Below, one piece after another: positions 1-8,416 of a stretch of 64,000 bases of DNA (position 1 is its first letter; each line of letters starts with the position of its first letter). A program made the translations under genes and the position numbers. Below the pieces are notes generated by a model. It made no database searches and was not told the DNA's origin. It saw only the letters and a program-made list of their open reading frames with translations. Source of the stretch: Candidatus Obscuribacteraceae bacterium (lineage in GTDB: Bacteria > Cyanobacteriota > Vampirovibrionia > Obscuribacterales > Obscuribacteraceae); NCBI GenBank assembly GCA_044226015.1, contig JBGAHS010000004.1, positions 192,001 to 256,000 on the forward strand, read 5' to 3'.

Positions 1-697
1 TGTGGCTGTCGTAATAGGCGGCATTATCATCTTTATTGAGACCGCCACCGAATTGCAAAATCGCTACTGATTGGCCCGCCCCCATAGCTTCTTTTGGAAA
101 TTTGTAGAAGTCTGCCACTTCATCTGGATAAAACGCGAATCGAGAACTAAGAGGGGCTATTTTTGAATTCTCTCTACTTATATGTGGAACTGCTTTGCGT
201 TCTTTTTCAAGTCCAAAAATGCCATAGACCGAGCCTTTTAATTCATCGGGAATTTGTATAACTCCATCTTTGCCTCGAGGCACGATGCCTTGTCTCTCCG
301 CTAAGTCGACGTGAAAAACAGTCCCCAATTCTTCTGCGCTAGCACTGAGATACATTTTCCCCGAGCGTACATTTTCTTCCTTGACGATTAGTTTGTTTGC
401 TCTAGCAAAGTCTCGTACTTTCTGCATTGCTGCTGGGTCTGCACCAAATCGCTGTTCAAATTCGGAGTCGCTTAATGGCGCTCTCTCCCTTCTCGCGACC
501 TTTTCCATTGTTTCGTCTATCTCGGCATCGCTTGCTCGAGAACGTACGATTACCGTCACACCTTTATTGTTCTGTTCATTCAGATTCGATTTGATTTCTC
601 TTTCTGAACTCTCCGCCTGAAGCTTGTGCAGAGCAGATGCCTGATTCTGATTTGATTCGTCTGTTGCAGGTATCTTATCGTTTGATTCCATTATCAT
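1..697 (-). CDS. Sedolisin/kumamolisin-like S53 peptidase, 5' part only (runs off the left edge; missing from the ORF track)
   Basis: My translation from ATG 697 (alternative ATG 691) is stop-free to base 1: ...VTVIVRSRASDAEID...FEQRFGADP...IFGLE...FYPDEVADFYKFPKEAMGAGQSVAILQFGGG. It is collinear with the prodomain and catalytic-domain start of 785..2455. Confidence 0.9.
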   Translation of the reverse strand, partial: MIMESNDKIPATDESNQNQASALHKLQAESSEREIKSNLNEQNNKGVTVIVRSRASDAEIDETMEKVARRERAPLSDSEFEQRFGADPAAMQKVRDFARANKLIVKEENVRSGKMYLSASAEELGTVFHVDLAERQGIVPRGKDGVIQIPDELKGSVYGIFGLEKERKAVPHISRENSKIAPLSSRFAFYPDEVADFYKFPKEAMGAGQSVAILQFGGGLNKDDNAAYYDSH

Positions 698-723
698 AGC
701 CAACACCCTGAATTGCCTCTATG

Positions 724-756
724 ACATTAGATTCGGCAACGTGCGAACAGCGTGTA
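724..756 (-). promoter_or_regulatory. Degenerate direct-repeat promoter TACAC-N6-CGCAC-N11-TAATGT
   Basis: Same geometry as the sites at 2772, 15007 and 15118; lies 27 nt upstream of the first S53 gene. Confidence 0.45.
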
Positions 757-784
757 AGCCAGTCGTGATTTGATTTTATTAAAC

Positions 785-2455
785 TTATTTGTTCTGTTTC
801 TTCAGTTCATCAAGAAACTTATCGCCTTTGATTGAACCAAATCCTGTAGGTGCGTCCCAACCTGGACCTGATGTGTAGCCGTTGTTGTTGCCGTCTGTTA
901 TGTCTTTGAAGATTCCTTTACTAGCATTCTCGTAAAGGAAAGGGTTCAAGTAGCCAACGGAGTGACCAAGAGCACCGTTTACTCGCATCATCAACGCGGC
1001 ATAAAGCGGTGCCACTGCGCTGGTGCCACCAGTGATTGTCTCGGTGCCTCCGACTCTGATTCTATAACCAGTGATTGGGCTCGCGTTCCCGGAAATGTCT
1101 GCTGCCCCACGTCCAGTTTTTCCTGTACCATTGGCTTCTGCAGGCAAAGTAACGTTCTTTTGAAAATCAGGCACATCGAATTTTGCGCTGATGCCACCAC
1201 CAGAAGAGCCGCCGAAGAAGCCGTCATTCCAGGTTACTTCCTTTCCTGATCGCTCAAGGCGAGTACCGCCAGTGCCTGTCACAAATGGATCTGAGGATGG
1301 ATAGTCGGGCGTGTATTTTCCGTTGGACGATTTATCTCGTGCCCCATCATCTCCAGATGCGGCAAACACAGACACTCCTTTTAAAGCCGCTTTCTTGAAT
1401 GCCAGATTCATGTTTCGAATTGCCTGTTCGTTCCAATCTGATTCAGGTGCGCCCCAACTAATGCTGATCGCTGAATTTTGAATCTCGTTTTTCTCTGCGA
1501 ATGTTGCTCTAGTGATTGAATCGAGAAATCCCTGATCGCTGTTGTCCGCGAAAATAAGTTGCTGCTTTGCGTCTGGTGCAACTGCTCCAATTACTTGGGA
1601 ATCCAACGCGACTTCGCCGTCAGCGTCTCCTCCAGTTTTGTTTTTTGCTTTTCCCAGCTCTATGACCTGAATGCTCGGTTCTTTGAGTCCATGGTCCTTG
1701 TAATATTTTGCATTGTCTGCCATGTCCAGCCCACCGCCGAACTCGACTATGCCGACTGACTGCCCTCTTCCCATAGAATCCTTCGGGAAGCTGTACATAT
1801 CAGCAACTTCATTTGGCATAAAGTTCGCTGCAGCTCTCGGCGCCACAACTCCGTCGGGCGCCGTTCTAAAATGAGTCTTTAACAACTTTGGGTTTTCTAA
1901 TCCGAATACCCCCTGTATGTCATCAGACATTGTTCGCGGCACTAAAACATTTCCAGAGCGCTGTCTGCAAATTTCTTTTCCGTCCTGATAATCATCTAGC
2001 TGAATACCGAATGCCTTGGAAAAGTCACCAACTTTTCCATGAAGCTTTATTTGTCCACTTGCATCATCTGTTTTGGTAACACGCAGATGGTTATCTTTTG
2101 CGAACTTCAAAACTCGCTTCATCGCGTCTTTATCTGCACCGAACTCAGACTCGAAGTCTCTATTGTTCAGCGGCTTCCTTTTTCCTGAACTCAGTTCTTC
2201 CAGGGCTTTGTCTATGTCTTGCTCAGTCGCTTTCGATTTCACCATCACAGTGACATCGATTTCTTTTGATGGATCCGTTGGACCAATCTTCGTTCCGCGA
2301 GGTGACGCAACCTGCGTATAGAGCAATTCTGCTTTGTCAGCCGTAAATCTTATTCGAGGGCTAAATTTTCCGGCAGCCTCTTCTTGAAGCGCATTATTAG
2401 CCTCGTTTGCATCTCTGTTCGGCTGTTTTTCGCCCCGATCTTCCAATCCACTCAT
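785..2455 (-). CDS. Kumamolisin-like S53 serine-carboxyl peptidase with prodomain
   Basis: EVALD (catalytic Glu/Asp), SISWG, ASGDDG (oxyanion Asp), GGTSAVAP (catalytic Ser), Ca-site DITDGNN...GWDAPTGFGS; no signal peptide. Confidence 0.95.
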   Translation of the reverse strand: MSGLEDRGEKQPNRDANEANNALQEEAAGKFSPRIRFTADKAELLYTQVASPRGTKIGPTDPSKEIDVTVMVKSKATEQDIDKALEELSSGKRKPLNNRDFESEFGADKDAMKRVLKFAKDNHLRVTKTDDASGQIKLHGKVGDFSKAFGIQLDDYQDGKEICRQRSGNVLVPRTMSDDIQGVFGLENPKLLKTHFRTAPDGVVAPRAAANFMPNEVADMYSFPKDSMGRGQSVGIVEFGGGLDMADNAKYYKDHGLKEPSIQVIELGKAKNKTGGDADGEVALDSQVIGAVAPDAKQQLIFADNSDQGFLDSITRATFAEKNEIQNSAISISWGAPESDWNEQAIRNMNLAFKKAALKGVSVFAASGDDGARDKSSNGKYTPDYPSSDPFVTGTGGTRLERSGKEVTWNDGFFGGSSGGGISAKFDVPDFQKNVTLPAEANGTGKTGRGAADISGNASPITGYRIRVGGTETITGGTSAVAPLYAALMMRVNGALGHSVGYLNPFLYENASKGIFKDITDGNNNGYTSGPGWDAPTGFGSIKGDKFLDELKKQNK

Positions 2456-2771
2456 TTGCTTTACCCGGTTTTGCTTACACCCGCAATTGCAAGCTAGCTT
2501 GACTGTAAGTTAAAAGTTCGGGGCTGCCACCCGTGATCTTACGAATTATGTGAGATATCTAAAGCTAGTGGCGCCGGGCTCTTTCGGCAATAATGCTCCG
2601 AGAAAATTCGGCTCAGAGTTTTAGAAGCGCGAGCCGCGTCTGCTAGCCGGAATCTACCACTGTTATGGCTGATTGAGCCCATCCTGGTGACAAAGCGGCG
2701 AGCCCATGCATCTTTTTCGAAGTCTCCCCGAGCTCAGAGATAAGCTAAAAGTTTTCGACCTCATTAGTAAT

Positions 2772-2804
2772 TTCACGGTGAATTCACATGGCGAGCATTA
2801 GCAT
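2772..2804 (+). promoter_or_regulatory. OmpR/PhoB-type direct-repeat promoter TTCAC-N6-TTCAC-N11-TAGCAT
   Basis: TTCAC at 2772 and 2783 (11-bp period), -10-like TAGCAT at 2799-2804, upstream of the His-rich gene. Confidence 0.6.
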
Positions 2805-2858
2805 TTACTCACAAATGAATCGGACTTGCCGTAACGCGGTTGGATAGAGGGAAAAACG

Positions 2859-3809
2859 ATGAGCAATCACCATCATGAAATTCACGAAGGTCACAAAATC
2901 GCCAAAGATTTGAAAGACCACCATTACAAATCTGCTGGGCATGAGCTTTCAAATGAGATTCATCATAATCCCTCCCATACCAAACATCTCATTCACGCAA
3001 TCAATCATAGCTTGCATCAGCACAACGAAAAGAGCCTTCACGTCCAACACGACAAGCATGGAAAGCCTGTTCACATCACTTTTAACAACCACAGCATTTA
3101 TGACTCGCACTCATCACATGCTGCAGCAAAACATCCTGCAAAAAAGGCAGAAACTCCCCAGCCACCTGTACGACCGCAAGAACTCAAGGCACACAAAGAG
3201 CACGAGCAAAAAGTCCCGGGGAACCACTCAGGAGACCGCACTCCCCAAGGTGGAATGATGGCTGACTCGCAGGCTAAAGCACATGAGCAAAAGAAGTCCA
3301 GGCACGCTGACTCTACACCAGGAGCCCAGTCAGGAGACCACTCTGCTCACGGCGGAATGAGAGATGATGCACAGAAAGCTCATGAACAAAAGAAAAAAGA
3401 TTCAACACCGGCTGGCCGCTCAGGAGATCACTCTGCGCACGGGGGAATGAAAGAAGACGAACAAGCAAAAGCGCACGAACATAAGAAGCATGGCGACTCT
3501 ACAGCCGGTAACCGCACAGGAGATTACTCTGCGCATGGCGGAATGAAAGAAGACGAACAAGCCAAAGCACACGAACAGAAAAAAGCTAGACATGTTGACT
3601 CTATTCCCGGCAGCCACTCAGGCGATCAGACTCCCCACGGTGGTATGCATGAGCAAGGTCATCGTCATGGCTCAGCAGAATCAAGAAATGCAGCATCAGT
3701 TCCCGGAGCAGCTTCAGGTGACCATTCAGCCAAAGGCGGAATGATGGAAGGATCTCAGTCCCGAGCAAAGCAGCACAAACTAATATTGCCCCCCATTGAC
3801 ATACGCTGA
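2859..3809 (+). CDS. His-rich repeat protein (hypothetical, possibly metal binding)
   Basis: SD-like GAGGG before the ATG; His-rich N-terminal domain; six GDx(S/T)(A/P)xGGM repeats; hairpin downstream. Confidence 0.85.
   Translation: MSNHHHEIHEGHKIAKDLKDHHYKSAGHELSNEIHHNPSHTKHLIHAINHSLHQHNEKSLHVQHDKHGKPVHITFNNHSIYDSHSSHAAAKHPAKKAETPQPPVRPQELKAHKEHEQKVPGNHSGDRTPQGGMMADSQAKAHEQKKSRHADSTPGAQSGDHSAHGGMRDDAQKAHEQKKKDSTPAGRSGDHSAHGGMKEDEQAKAHEHKKHGDSTAGNRTGDYSAHGGMKEDEQAKAHEQKKARHVDSIPGSHSGDQTPHGGMHEQGHRHGSAESRNAASVPGAASGDHSAKGGMMEGSQSRAKQHKLILPPIDIR
3231..3743 (+). repeat. Six degenerate ~30-36 aa coding repeats ending in a GDHSAHGGM-like motif
   Basis: GDRTPQGGM, GDHSAHGGM x2, GDYSAHGGM, GDQTPHGGM, GDHSAKGGM. 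Confidence 0.85.
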
Positions 3810-3878
3810 TAAATGACTATATGGACAGATTCACAACTCCGAAAGGCTGGTAATCTCGGAATCATGTTTGTGAAGGTC

Positions 3879-3919
3879 TAGTTCAAGAAGGGAAGCCTAG
3901 CGCTTCCCTTCTTGAACTA
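3879..3919 (+). terminator. 18-bp perfect hairpin, probable terminator or RNA stabiliser
   Basis: TAGTTCAAGAAGGGAAGC-ctagc-GCTTCCCTTCTTGAACTA; weak U-tract. Confidence 0.6.
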
Positions 3920-4082
3920 CTTGCCAGCTACTTTCGTTGTTCCTCGCCCAGAGGACTCCCTGCTCGCGCTTAGCAGTGTACTTTTAGATGAATCTCTTTG
4001 AAAAGCTGACTTTGAACAGCAGCTGACCTTGATCATGCCAATGTCGTTGGTCTAAGATCCTGTTTCCCCATCCGAGGATCAT

Positions 4083-4580
4083 ATGACCAGCATCAAAACT
4101 GAAATGTGTACGAAAGAATCCATTGCACCAGCCTTAGGAAAGCTCTCGTCCGGTGTATATATCGCCACCCTTGAGTATCAGAAAGAAAAGCATGGCATGC
4201 TTGCAACTTGGATTGCCCAAGCTGCTTTTGAGCCACCGATGTTGACGATATCTGTGCAAACTCAGAGAGATCTGCTGCGCTTTCTCAGCAACGGAACCGC
4301 CTTCAGCGTGAATGCTCTCGGCAAGAAAAATATGGACATCTTTAAAGCCTTCGCCAAACCCCTCAAAGAAGGTGAAGACCGTTTTGCCGACCTTGAATTG
4401 CTCAAGCTGCCCACCTCTGGACCTGTTTTTGCTCAAGCTATCTCCTATCTCGATTGTGTCGTGAAGGGGCAAATTCAAGCTGGTGACCATGTGGTAATCC
4501 TTGCAGAAGTCTTGGCGGGCAAACTTTTGAACGAGGACGAGCCCATGCTTCATACTCGCAAAAACGGATTTCAATACTAA
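4083..4580 (+). CDS. Flavin reductase-like protein (DIM6/NTAB family, similar to the C-terminal domain of cyanobacterial flavodiiron proteins)
   Basis: ALGKLSSGVYI, MLATWIAQAAFEPP, GDHVV, C-terminal HTRKNGFQY. Confidence 0.88.
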   Translation: MTSIKTEMCTKESIAPALGKLSSGVYIATLEYQKEKHGMLATWIAQAAFEPPMLTISVQTQRDLLRFLSNGTAFSVNALGKKNMDIFKAFAKPLKEGEDRFADLELLKLPTSGPVFAQAISYLDCVVKGQIQAGDHVVILAEVLAGKLLNEDEPMLHTRKNGFQY

Positions 4581-4746
4581 AAATCGCCTCGCTAGGCGGT
4601 TGAATTGGCAGTTACACAATGTTTCCACATTTTGTAGCTGCCTTTTTGCTAGTTTATTTGAGTGGATATTCTTATGCGATTCATTCTGAAACGTGTTACC
4701 AATTGACTTAGGTTCTCTTGGTTGCAAGCGGGTGGCGGCGAATAAG

Positions 4747-5421
4747 ATGGCGAAGATACTTTTAGTTGAAGATGAAATTGACCTCGCCGATACAGTAAAA
4801 AACTGGCTCGAAGAGGAAGAACTCAATTGCGTCGAGCATGTTAGCGATGGTGAAGATGCTCTGCGTAAACTTGAGATTAGAAGCTACGATTTGATGATTC
4901 TAGATTTGCTTTTGCCTCGCCTTGATGGAATGCAGGTATGCAAAAACTACAGGAAAAACGGGGGATGCATGCCAATCCTCATGCTCACTGCAAAGGGGTC
5001 TTTAGCTTCTAAGGAAGCAGGGCTTGATGCGGGTGCCGATGACTACCTCACCAAGCCGTTCCAATTAAGAGAACTAGGGGCACGCATCCGCGCTCTCTTG
5101 CGGAGACAGGGAACACCCAGAAGCGAATTTCGAATCGCAGGGCTTGTGCTTGATCGCGGATCGCACAAAGTGATGAAGAACGCAAAGGAATTACATCTGC
5201 TGCCCAAAGAATTTATGCTTCTAGAGTACTTCATGCGAAATGATAATGTAGTAGTAAATGTTGATACCTTGATTGATCAGATTTGGGGCTCTGATAGCTC
5301 AATTACAGCTGAGACTGTGCGTAGCAATATCAAAACACTGCGAAAAAAAATAGATGAACCTGGACAGGCATCTCTTATCAAAAATGTCTACGGTAGCGGC
5401 TATAAATTGGATGCAAGTTGA
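4747..5421 (+). CDS. OmpR/PhoB-family response regulator
   Basis: MAKILLVEDE, LDLLLP (phospho-Asp), LMLTA, GADDYLTKPF, winged helix ending NVYGSGY; ATG 4747 preferred over 4693. Confidence 0.95.
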   Translation: MAKILLVEDEIDLADTVKNWLEEEELNCVEHVSDGEDALRKLEIRSYDLMILDLLLPRLDGMQVCKNYRKNGGCMPILMLTAKGSLASKEAGLDAGADDYLTKPFQLRELGARIRALLRRQGTPRSEFRIAGLVLDRGSHKVMKNAKELHLLPKEFMLLEYFMRNDNVVVNVDTLIDQIWGSDSSITAETVRSNIKTLRKKIDEPGQASLIKNVYGSGYKLDAS

Positions 5422-6668
5422 TGTTTGAGAGTCTGAGATGGCGAATAACATTACTGTTTCTGGGTCTGTCAGCAACTTTGTATGTAGCCCTTACTGCGCT
5501 TGGGCTCATCGTTTTTCAACATGAGCTTAGCTCTTCGCTTGATGAACAGTTGAGAGTCGTACTATCTGAGATTGGCCACGCAATCGAACTTGAAAGCAAT
5601 GTTCCTCACTTCCGGAACTGGATAAGGACTGTGCAAACCGAGCCTCCCCGTTCTCTTGCATCCATACAGCTTTTTGATACCTCAGGTCATATGCTTGAAC
5701 ATTATGGTGCCGCGGGTGTGGAAAGATTGTTTCTGCAGCAAACCGAAGTTAAAGACTCAAGCAAATCTGTGAGAATTTTGTGCAGCCCTGTTCTCGAAAA
5801 TGGTATCACCAGAGGCTATGTTCAGGTACAGCTTTCTACTCTAGATCGCGATGAAACGCTGACAAAATTGCAACATAGCGCGTTCGTTATCGGCATCATA
5901 TTCCTATTCTCTTTGAGCGCTCTGAGTTATTGTATTGCTAAATTAGTAACACGCCCGGTTCAGCAGAGTATTGAAATTTTGAAATCGTTTGTTGCGGATG
6001 CCGGGCACGAACTCAATACACCGATTACCATTTTGCAAACTCGAATTGAGTCGCTTGAGAGGAAACTTTCCAAAGCAGGAATTCAAGATCTGGAAGACCT
6101 CGCAGTGGCTGAAAAGTCGGTAGCCAGGCTCAGTCACGTTGTTAATGACCTCCTTTTGCTTTCCGAGGTGGAAGACCCTGTCTCCGAAATCAGAAAAAGC
6201 GCAGTTTGCGTCAGCAATCTGATTCAGCAAATCGAAACCGAAGTAAAAGATCGCTATATGGAAAAAGGCATAGCGCTGACTGTTGCTGAGTTGCCCGAAA
6301 CTTATGTGAAAGGAAATTGGGATGCGTTGCACCGCTTATTCAGCAACTTGATTGAAAACGCTTTGAGGTACACGGAAAAAAATGGGGAGGTAAAAATCTC
6401 TCTCTACAACTCAGACAGAGATGTTTGTGTCTCGGTGAAAGACACTGGAATAGGAATTCCAGAGGATGCGATTCCTCATATATTTGACCGTTTCTTTCGT
6501 GTTGATAAGTCTCGTTCAAGAGCCTCCGGTGGCACGGGGCTTGGACTCTCCATCGCCAAGGCTATTGTTGATGCGCATGATGGCGCCATTGTTGTTGAAA
6601 GCGTCTTAGGAAACGGCAGCAAATTCCTAGTTTCTATTCCTAAATTGAAAGATCAAAATAGCTACTGA
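5421..6668 (+). CDS. Membrane sensor histidine kinase
   Basis: Two TM helices, H-box DAGHELNTP, N-box NLIENALRY, DTGIGI, FDRFFRVD, GGTGLGLSI; TGATG overlap with the regulator. Confidence 0.95.
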   Translation: MFESLRWRITLLFLGLSATLYVALTALGLIVFQHELSSSLDEQLRVVLSEIGHAIELESNVPHFRNWIRTVQTEPPRSLASIQLFDTSGHMLEHYGAAGVERLFLQQTEVKDSSKSVRILCSPVLENGITRGYVQVQLSTLDRDETLTKLQHSAFVIGIIFLFSLSALSYCIAKLVTRPVQQSIEILKSFVADAGHELNTPITILQTRIESLERKLSKAGIQDLEDLAVAEKSVARLSHVVNDLLLLSEVEDPVSEIRKSAVCVSNLIQQIETEVKDRYMEKGIALTVAELPETYVKGNWDALHRLFSNLIENALRYTEKNGEVKISLYNSDRDVCVSVKDTGIGIPEDAIPHIFDRFFRVDKSRSRASGGTGLGLSIAKAIVDAHDGAIVVESVLGNGSKFLVSIPKLKDQNSY

Positions 6669-6675
6669 GGCGCAG

Positions 6676-6930
6676 ATGAAAAAAGAAAATGTACTTTTTC
6701 AAATGGACAAGCTCTTGGCTGAGTTGGAAGCACATTCTGGACTTGCTTTACTCAAACAAATGCAATTGGAAGTGCAGTGGCTTAAATCGCGCTTGCAATC
6801 AGACAGGCTTGTTTTGCCTGATTGGCCGCTTGTAATTCTGAAACCATTGCAGGATGGTACCCAGATGAAGAGTGTTGAGTTAGCTCGAAAAGATCTTGTA
6901 GAGTCCATATATAAGTATATGAATCAGTAG
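6676..6930 (+). CDS. Hypothetical protein, probably co-transcribed with the two-component system
   Basis: 7 bp after the kinase stop, GAGG SD, 84 aa. Confidence 0.5.
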   Translation: MKKENVLFQMDKLLAELEAHSGLALLKQMQLEVQWLKSRLQSDRLVLPDWPLVILKPLQDGTQMKSVELARKDLVESIYKYMNQ

Positions 6931-7179
6931 AATCTGCTCGTCAATTCGTGGAATTTTTGTGATCAATAAATTCCATAAGAGACTTTGCTTAGGCTAAATA
7001 GACGATTTAATAGAACCGGAAATGCTTGCCTGTGGAACACTTCAGTGCTCGACTGTGCTTTTCTGCAAAAAACATGTCAAGAAAATAACGTTCCAGTATA
7101 CAAGTAAAACATGGGGCAGTCGCGAATGTTCTCGGGTGGTTGATGGGATGGATGAGCCAAACACCAGGAGATTCTTACA

Positions 7180-8271
7180 ATGGCAAACGAACTCGTAAAC
7201 GAAGGCAAGGATTGTTGCAAGGAAACCAAAGCACAGGAAGATAACGGTTGCTGTTTACTTTCAATTATGGAATCTGCCGGTCGCGGCATGGTTAATGGTA
7301 TCGGCAACGCAGTAAAAGGAGCTGAAACAGTTGGCTCAGCAGCAATTAGCTCTGCTGCAAACGGCGTAGGATTGACGATTTCAAAAGAAACCAGTGATGT
7401 GATTGCAAAAGGCGTAGTTGGTGGAGCTGCGTTACTTGCAGCCGAGCAAGCCGCTAAGCATCCCTGGGCAGCTGTTGGTATCGCAGCTGGTGTCGGCGCG
7501 GTAGGTGCAGCAATCAAAGATGCAAGTAAAGACAATAAGAGCACAATTGCAGATTGCGCCAAAGATATCGCAATCGGAGCCGCAATAGGTGGAGCTGCTA
7601 CAGCAGCAGCCACAGGTGATATGACTCGTGCTGCAGCGGTGGCTGCACTCGGAGGAGTAGCTGGTTGTGCAGCAAGATGCGCAGCCGAGATGATGAAGCC
7701 TTCATGCTGTGTGAAACCAAACGATGCTGTATCTGTCGCTAAGGAACTAGGAAAAGCAGTTCTCGACCATGTACAGAAACGTCCTCTAGAGTCAGCCGCC
7801 GAAGGCATTGTTGCGGGAGCAGGTGGTATTATCACCGGTGCCATGGCTCACAAAATGGCAGAAAAGAGCTGCTGCCCGAACGTGGTGCAGAAAGCGATGC
7901 AAGGAGCTGCCAAAGAAATTCAACGTCAATCTGAAATGCTGAAAGATATGCTGTTTCCACACCCACTTCTAGAAATGGGACCTGGACAAATCAGAGCAGG
8001 TGCTGAGACAGTTGGTGAGGCTGTGGTAGCTGGCGCCGTAGGTGGTGTTGTCGCTGGCGAAGCTGTAAAAGTCGGAGTACAAGCTGCAAAATCGGTTCAA
8101 AGTGATGTAGAAAAACATCGCCAGGCCAATCCGCAGGCTTCCCGCATTGAACGTGCCGCAGGTCAAGCCATCGGTGGAGTAGTTGGAGGCAAAGCCGTCG
8201 GAACAGCTATCGAGTACGGTGATGCTAAAGCTAGACAGGCATACAACTACATCAGAAGCTGGTTCGAATAA
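7180..8271 (+). CDS. Ala/Gly-rich glycine-zipper-like protein with four Cys-Cys doublets
   Basis: AGGAG SD; repeated GxxxG hydrophobic stretches; DCCK, GCCL, SCCV, SCCP. Confidence 0.85.
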   Translation: MANELVNEGKDCCKETKAQEDNGCCLLSIMESAGRGMVNGIGNAVKGAETVGSAAISSAANGVGLTISKETSDVIAKGVVGGAALLAAEQAAKHPWAAVGIAAGVGAVGAAIKDASKDNKSTIADCAKDIAIGAAIGGAATAAATGDMTRAAAVAALGGVAGCAARCAAEMMKPSCCVKPNDAVSVAKELGKAVLDHVQKRPLESAAEGIVAGAGGIITGAMAHKMAEKSCCPNVVQKAMQGAAKEIQRQSEMLKDMLFPHPLLEMGPGQIRAGAETVGEAVVAGAVGGVVAGEAVKVGVQAAKSVQSDVEKHRQANPQASRIERAAGQAIGGVVGGKAVGTAIEYGDAKARQAYNYIRSWFE

Positions 8272-8282
8272 ACTAAGCTTCG

Positions 8283-8327
8283 AAAAAAAAACGGGCGGCA
8301 CCATTCTTGGTGCTGCCCGTTTTTTTT
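8283..8327. terminator. Bidirectional intrinsic terminator
   Basis: A-tract-CGGGCGGCACCA-ttct-TGGTGCTGCCCG-T-tract between convergent genes. Confidence 0.85.
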
Positions 8328-8416
8328 GATTGTGTTTTGAATCCATCAAATTGAAAATAAAAAATACTCCGGGCATAGCAAGCTACGCCCGGAGTTGGGA
8401 TTGTCGAATGAAAACT

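Noticed and set aside
3231..3743. Multi-core RiPP precursor reading of the GDHSAHGGM repeats
   Set aside because: No modifying enzyme or transporter is adjacent; the only radical SAM gene in the window is miaB
6948..6963. GTGGA-N6-GTGAT 11-bp pair (a similar pair lies at 31602-31617)
   Set aside because: Degenerate and lacking a TAnnnT at the N11 position, so not counted as the promoter motif
7077..7844. 255-aa antisense ORF
   Set aside because: Shadow of the Ala/Gly-rich gene 7180..8271
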